This document shows, one piece after another, positions 59,674-64,000 of a stretch of 64,000 bases of DNA (positions within the stretch are counted from its first letter, which is position 1; each line of letters opens with the position of its first letter). The translations under genes were made by a program, and so were the position numbers. Origin of the DNA: Trichosphaerium sp. ATCC 40318 (lineage: Eukaryota; Protista; Tubulinea); the NCBI GenBank assembly GCA_038496445.1, contig JALMLS010000539.1, positions 11,093 to 75,092 of the forward strand, given 5' to 3'. The notes beneath the pieces were generated by a model, which worked only from the letters and a program-made list of their open reading frames with translations, did not search any database and was not told the DNA's origin.

Positions 59674-62600
59674 ATGGGGAATCAACCAGGTTCTGAGGAC
59701 CTCAGTCCAGAGGAGCTTCGCAAACGCGAAATTAACAAGATGGACTCGGAAATGAGGAGAAAATTAAATAAGGGCGCCCAATACAACCGTACGGTGTTAT
59801 CAGCGCGTATTGAATGTATAAAGGCTTACTTACGTTTAATAGTTAAAGTACTAATACGAGGCGATCGAAATACAGGCAAATCATGCCTACTGAAGCGCTT
59901 ATCAGGAGGTGGCTTTATAGAGGAATACCTGCCAACGTCAAAAATTCAGATCAGTCATATACACTGGAACTACAAGGGTACACCTCTATTATAACGAATT
60001 GAATGCATAACGCCTGTAAAGTGACATTTAAGACACTTTTTCCGCTATTGCTTTCTAGCTACTTTTCTTCCTATTTACCTTATAGTAACAAATGCAGTTG
60101 TTAAAGTAGAAGTATGGGATGTAGTTGACTCTGGTACGTTATTGCGCAATTTTTCCACAACATTATTTTACGCCATCATGTCCTCCGTTAAACGCGATGG
60201 AGACTACTCTGAGACGTTTTTTTTGTTTTCTTGCTTTAAAATTTTCAACGCCTAACACTGTCCTTAGCCCGCAAACTGGGTGGAAAACGTTCATCTCAGA
60301 CGCTAAAACTAAAAAATAATGGAGAAGGCACGTGTTTATTCGTCAAAAAAAAAGACAAATGCCAAATTTGTGCTGTTTGTTGTAATGACCGCTTTATAGA
60401 GTTAGAAATCCCTACGCTTCTTCTAGATCCTGATGGACAGTTAAAGACAGGTAGCCATACATTAGAGTTAGATGCCTCTACTATAGATGTCATGAAAGGT
60501 AAAGAAACAAAAGAAGACAATTTTTTTACTGACAAGAGTAACTACGTAGGAACTCATGCAGTTATTCTTATATTTGATCCATTAAAATCATGGACTTGGG
60601 ATTATGTAAAAAGAGAGATTGATAAAATCCCAGCAGATATGCCATCGCTAATACTCGTACGTCGTTTCTTCTGATAAAATTAAGAATTAGTGCAAAAAAA
60701 AAAGAATTTTGTTACCTCCTCAGTAATATTGGTTGTAGGCAAATTACAGAGATCGTGGCGTCGAACATCGTAATGTATCTATTTCAGAAATACAAGATTA
60801 TGTAGAATTTTCTGTACGTGAGGTTGACATTTTAATCTAAAGCTGATTGGTTTTGTGGCTTATCAATATTAATTTTTACCTTTGCAGGATAAAAATGTCA
60901 CTTACTTTGAAGCATCTATGAGCGATTGTTTTGGACTAAAGGGTGTCAAATCATTCTTGAACCTCCCATTCTTAAAATTACAGGCATGTCTTCGTCATAA
61001 AAACAGCAAATATGTTCCTTTCTGTACAACAAAGCACACTTTTCTTATTTCGTACATCACTTCTCGTGCTTATCGGTGAAAACCTTTTGGTCTTTAACAA
61101 TACTTAAGCTAACAACTGATTAGAAAGACACATACTTAGCTCATTTAAAGCGAAACGAGGAAGAGACAGCCAAAGTAAATGAGGAATTAGAATATCTAAG
61201 AGATGCTCATGATTACGAACGGTACACCTATTTACTTTACTACCATCCATACAGTCAACAACCCCAAAAGTTTCTGCCATTTGTTACAAGCTGTATAACC
61301 CTTTCTTCTTCGAAAACACCTAATGAGGCAATTGAGTTGCCTTATCTACAACAGAACTTGGATTTATTGACAATACTAAATTGCGTTTTAAGGTATACAC
61401 ATCATGCGTCTCTCAAGAACTCAAAGCGTTCCTCCCCTGTTCCAGCACAAAGACAAGAACCTCCAAAAAACATACCTCAAACCAATGGAAACAGTGCATC
61501 ATCTCAAAAACAATGGCTTCTTCCATTCCCGTTTCTGTAAGTTTTTGCTTTGGCTAAGAATTTCTAAACTTGACGATCCTCTCATACCTTTATTAGACTT
61601 CTAGCGCGCAGTCAAGAACGCCCAATACTCCTACTAAAGATGCTAGAGTATCTACACCTGAGTCTAAATCGACTATGCCTCAAAGACAGTCGTATGTTGC
61701 GACAGCAAAGAAAAATTCTAGAGGTGCAGCAAAAGTTACTGTTGAGAATGATAAAGGTCCTTCAACTCGTACAGCCCTTCCTTAACACCATATTTTATAC
61801 TTACGTATTCATTAGTAAACAAACCTACACCTAAACCGAAACCGGCACCAAAGAAAAAAGAACCAGAAAAGAAAGACAAGAAAGGACCAGGATTGTTCAG
61901 CAGAATGTTTAACCGTAGAGGTTCTGGTGGAGCTGTAAAGTCTTCGGAGAAGAAAAATAATCAAGACGTTGTTGCACAACTTGAAAAAATGCGTGTAACT
62001 GGTGCACCTAACGGCGTTACATCAGTGGATGACTTTGTCCCAGGAGGTAAAGAAGCATTGTTAAAAAAAGCCTAAACAAAAAAGTATGTTAATTTTTTGT
62101 TCATTTAAGGTGCCATTGATGAGGGATTCTTTGATGCTCCTGATCTTGATGAAGATGCTTTAATGAATGACGGACATGATGAAGATGAAGATTATGATGT
62201 ATGTGCTCAGTGCAGCAATTTATTTTAGTTCGTTTTTAGAACAAACAAACAATCCTAAGTTTATACCTTGTTAGGAAAATCCACTCGTCATGGGTGCAGA
62301 GGATGTAGATTTTGAAGATGAAGAATCACTTGAAGCTGGAACACATATGGAACGTCCTCCACCACCTACAAAAAGTATGCTATCTGAATCAAGTCATTTT
62401 TCCCTCATTGAATGTTTGTATTTTAGAAGCTTCTGCAGTAATGCAAGATGAAGATTACCCTTCAGAATCTGATGAACGTGTTATTAATGATGACAGTGAT
62501 GAATCAGTTGGACCTAATCCTATGTTGGCTGGTGGTGAGATGCCTGAAGATAGCGATGATGATACTCCTAATCCTATGTTGGCAACAGAAGAGATGCCTG

Positions 62601-63809
62601 AAGATGATTACGGTGAAGAAACAAGTAGTCCTAACCCAATGTTGGCAGTTGATGAGATGCCTGAAGACAGCGATGATGATACTCCTAATCCTATGTTGGC
62701 AGCAGAGGAAATGCCAAAAGACGCTAATGATAGTGATAACGAAACAGCTAATCCAATGCTATCAAATGAAGAAATGCCAAATTTCAGTGATGACGATGAT
62801 ACTCCAAATGCGATGTTGGCAAAAGAACAAGAGATGCCTGAAGATGACGATGACAGCGATAACAAAACACCTAATACTGTGGTATCAAAAGAAGAATTGC
62901 CTGAAGATGACACCAAGACTGAAAGTGTTCATGTTGTGAAGGATGAAGGGTATGATGAAGGTGATGAACAGGAAGAACAAAGTGGTAAGAACCCAATGTT
63001 AACAACAGAAGAAATGCCTGATTTCAGCGATGATGATGAACCTCTTGATGTAAATACATCTAGCGAAGTCTTAAAGCCTTCTGTGGCACCTACAAACACA
63101 ATTAAAGATACACCAGTGGTACCTAGACCCGCCCAAAGCGATACACTTCAACCACAAAGAGTAGACACGAAAGTTTCGGTGCGTTTGTCAAAATCTAGGA
63201 AAAAACATCGTTTACATCTTTCATCCGAAACTCGTATATTAACTTTTTCTTCAAATAAAGGAAGATCCACGTGCTACAATAAGTCAACCAAGAACAAATT
63301 CACAAGCACAACAACCCAGAAGAAAGAAATCAAGTAAGCCTGTTGGCATCTTTTTTATTAATGGTTTCTTACTCTATCCCTAGATGGACTTATGCTTGAA
63401 CACTCATCTCCAGGAAACGTCCGACGACCTGTTAACCAAAATCGTCCTTCTAATGAATACCAACAAATGGTACGTGAACATAAACTTCCGAACAGCCCAC
63501 GCTTTTCAGTTCTCTATGTATTTTATTATCTACGTGTAACATTCAACGTAGCGTAATCCATACCGCCACAACAACGTGATAGAGAAAGAAGACGTGGTAG
63601 AGGAAGAGGCGGAAGAGGCCGTGGAAGAGGTCGTGGTAGACGAAGGGGCAGAGGACGAGGTGGAAGTCCTAGACAACCTGAAAGAGTTGTTCGTTCAGAA
63701 TCTAGTATGTGTTAAAAAAGAGGAGTAGTTTCTCAAAAAACAAGAAATATCGTAGCTAATATCTTTACTATCATTAGGTCAGGACATTGATATCTCTGGA
63801 TTCTCTTAG
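59674..63809 (+). CDS. RABL6: Rab-like protein 6 (RABL6/PARF) with long acidic repeat-containing tail, many exons
   Basis: MRRKLNKGAQYN-VKVLIRGDRNTGKSCLLKRLSGGGFIEEYLPTSKIQISHIHWNYK; VVKVEVWDVVD; LDASTIDV.KGTHAVILIFDPLKSWTWDYV; EASMSDCFGLK...FLNLPFLKLQ. Confidence 0.9.
62510..63040 (+). repeat. Imperfect coding tandem repeat (~7 units of PNPMLAxEEMPEDSDDDT)
   Basis: Repeated cctaatcctatgttggc...gagatgcctgaaga units in the RABL6 tail. Confidence 0.85.
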
Positions 63810-64000
63810 AATGAAGCAGAAAAAAGAAAGAAACAAAGAAGATTACAAGCTGATAATGAATCCAGTTTTTTATTAATTTTTATTTTCGGTTTTACATAGT
63901 GACCCTTTCCTGCTTTCCTCATTGAAACAAGACAAAATAGTTATGCGGAGTATAACACGTCGTCTTGTTGTAATTTAAAAAACAGCGCACTCTTGTAGTG

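Noticed and set aside
1-64000. tRNA/rRNA genes
   Set aside because: No convincing T-loop/cloverleaf or rRNA conserved blocks seen by eye; tRNAscan-SE/Infernal would be needed to exclude them

Overview
Eukaryotic, AT-rich, gene-dense genomic DNA with many short GT-AG introns (donors often GTACG/GTATG/GTAAG). The gene content and intron style suggest a phagotrophic protist, probably amoebozoan (inference). About 35 genes or gene remnants can be reconstructed by eye. Housekeeping genes: XPNPEP3/ICP55-like aminopeptidase P, RRP40, ERI1-like nuclease, TMEM41-like, mitochondrial uL3, RABL6, AlkB-like dioxygenase, and LIM and RGS proteins. These are interleaved with an accessory layer. (1) About nine F-box(-like) genes carrying LRR, MORN-variant, GTPase or other C-terminal modules; the LRR arrays vary mainly at the predicted concave-face positions. 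(2) Three copies of an aegerolysin/actinoporin-like small beta-sandwich gene, two of them forming a head-to-head palindrome. (3) A secreted lysozyme-like protein and a candidate alpha-helical membrane-inserting protein. (4) A decayed piggyBac and an intact-looking 365-bp MITE. Unusual single genes: a class IV-like sirtuin with two N-terminal thymosin/WH2-like repeats and no Zn-binding subdomain, a tail-anchored M16 pseudopeptidase (HxxEH replaced by RxxQR), a stand-alone CaMKII hub protein, and a multi-OB-fold membrane protein with a wolframin-like motif. All family calls come from manual motif recognition, and exon boundaries and starts are by-eye estimates. No tRNA, rRNA or CRISPR array was seen.
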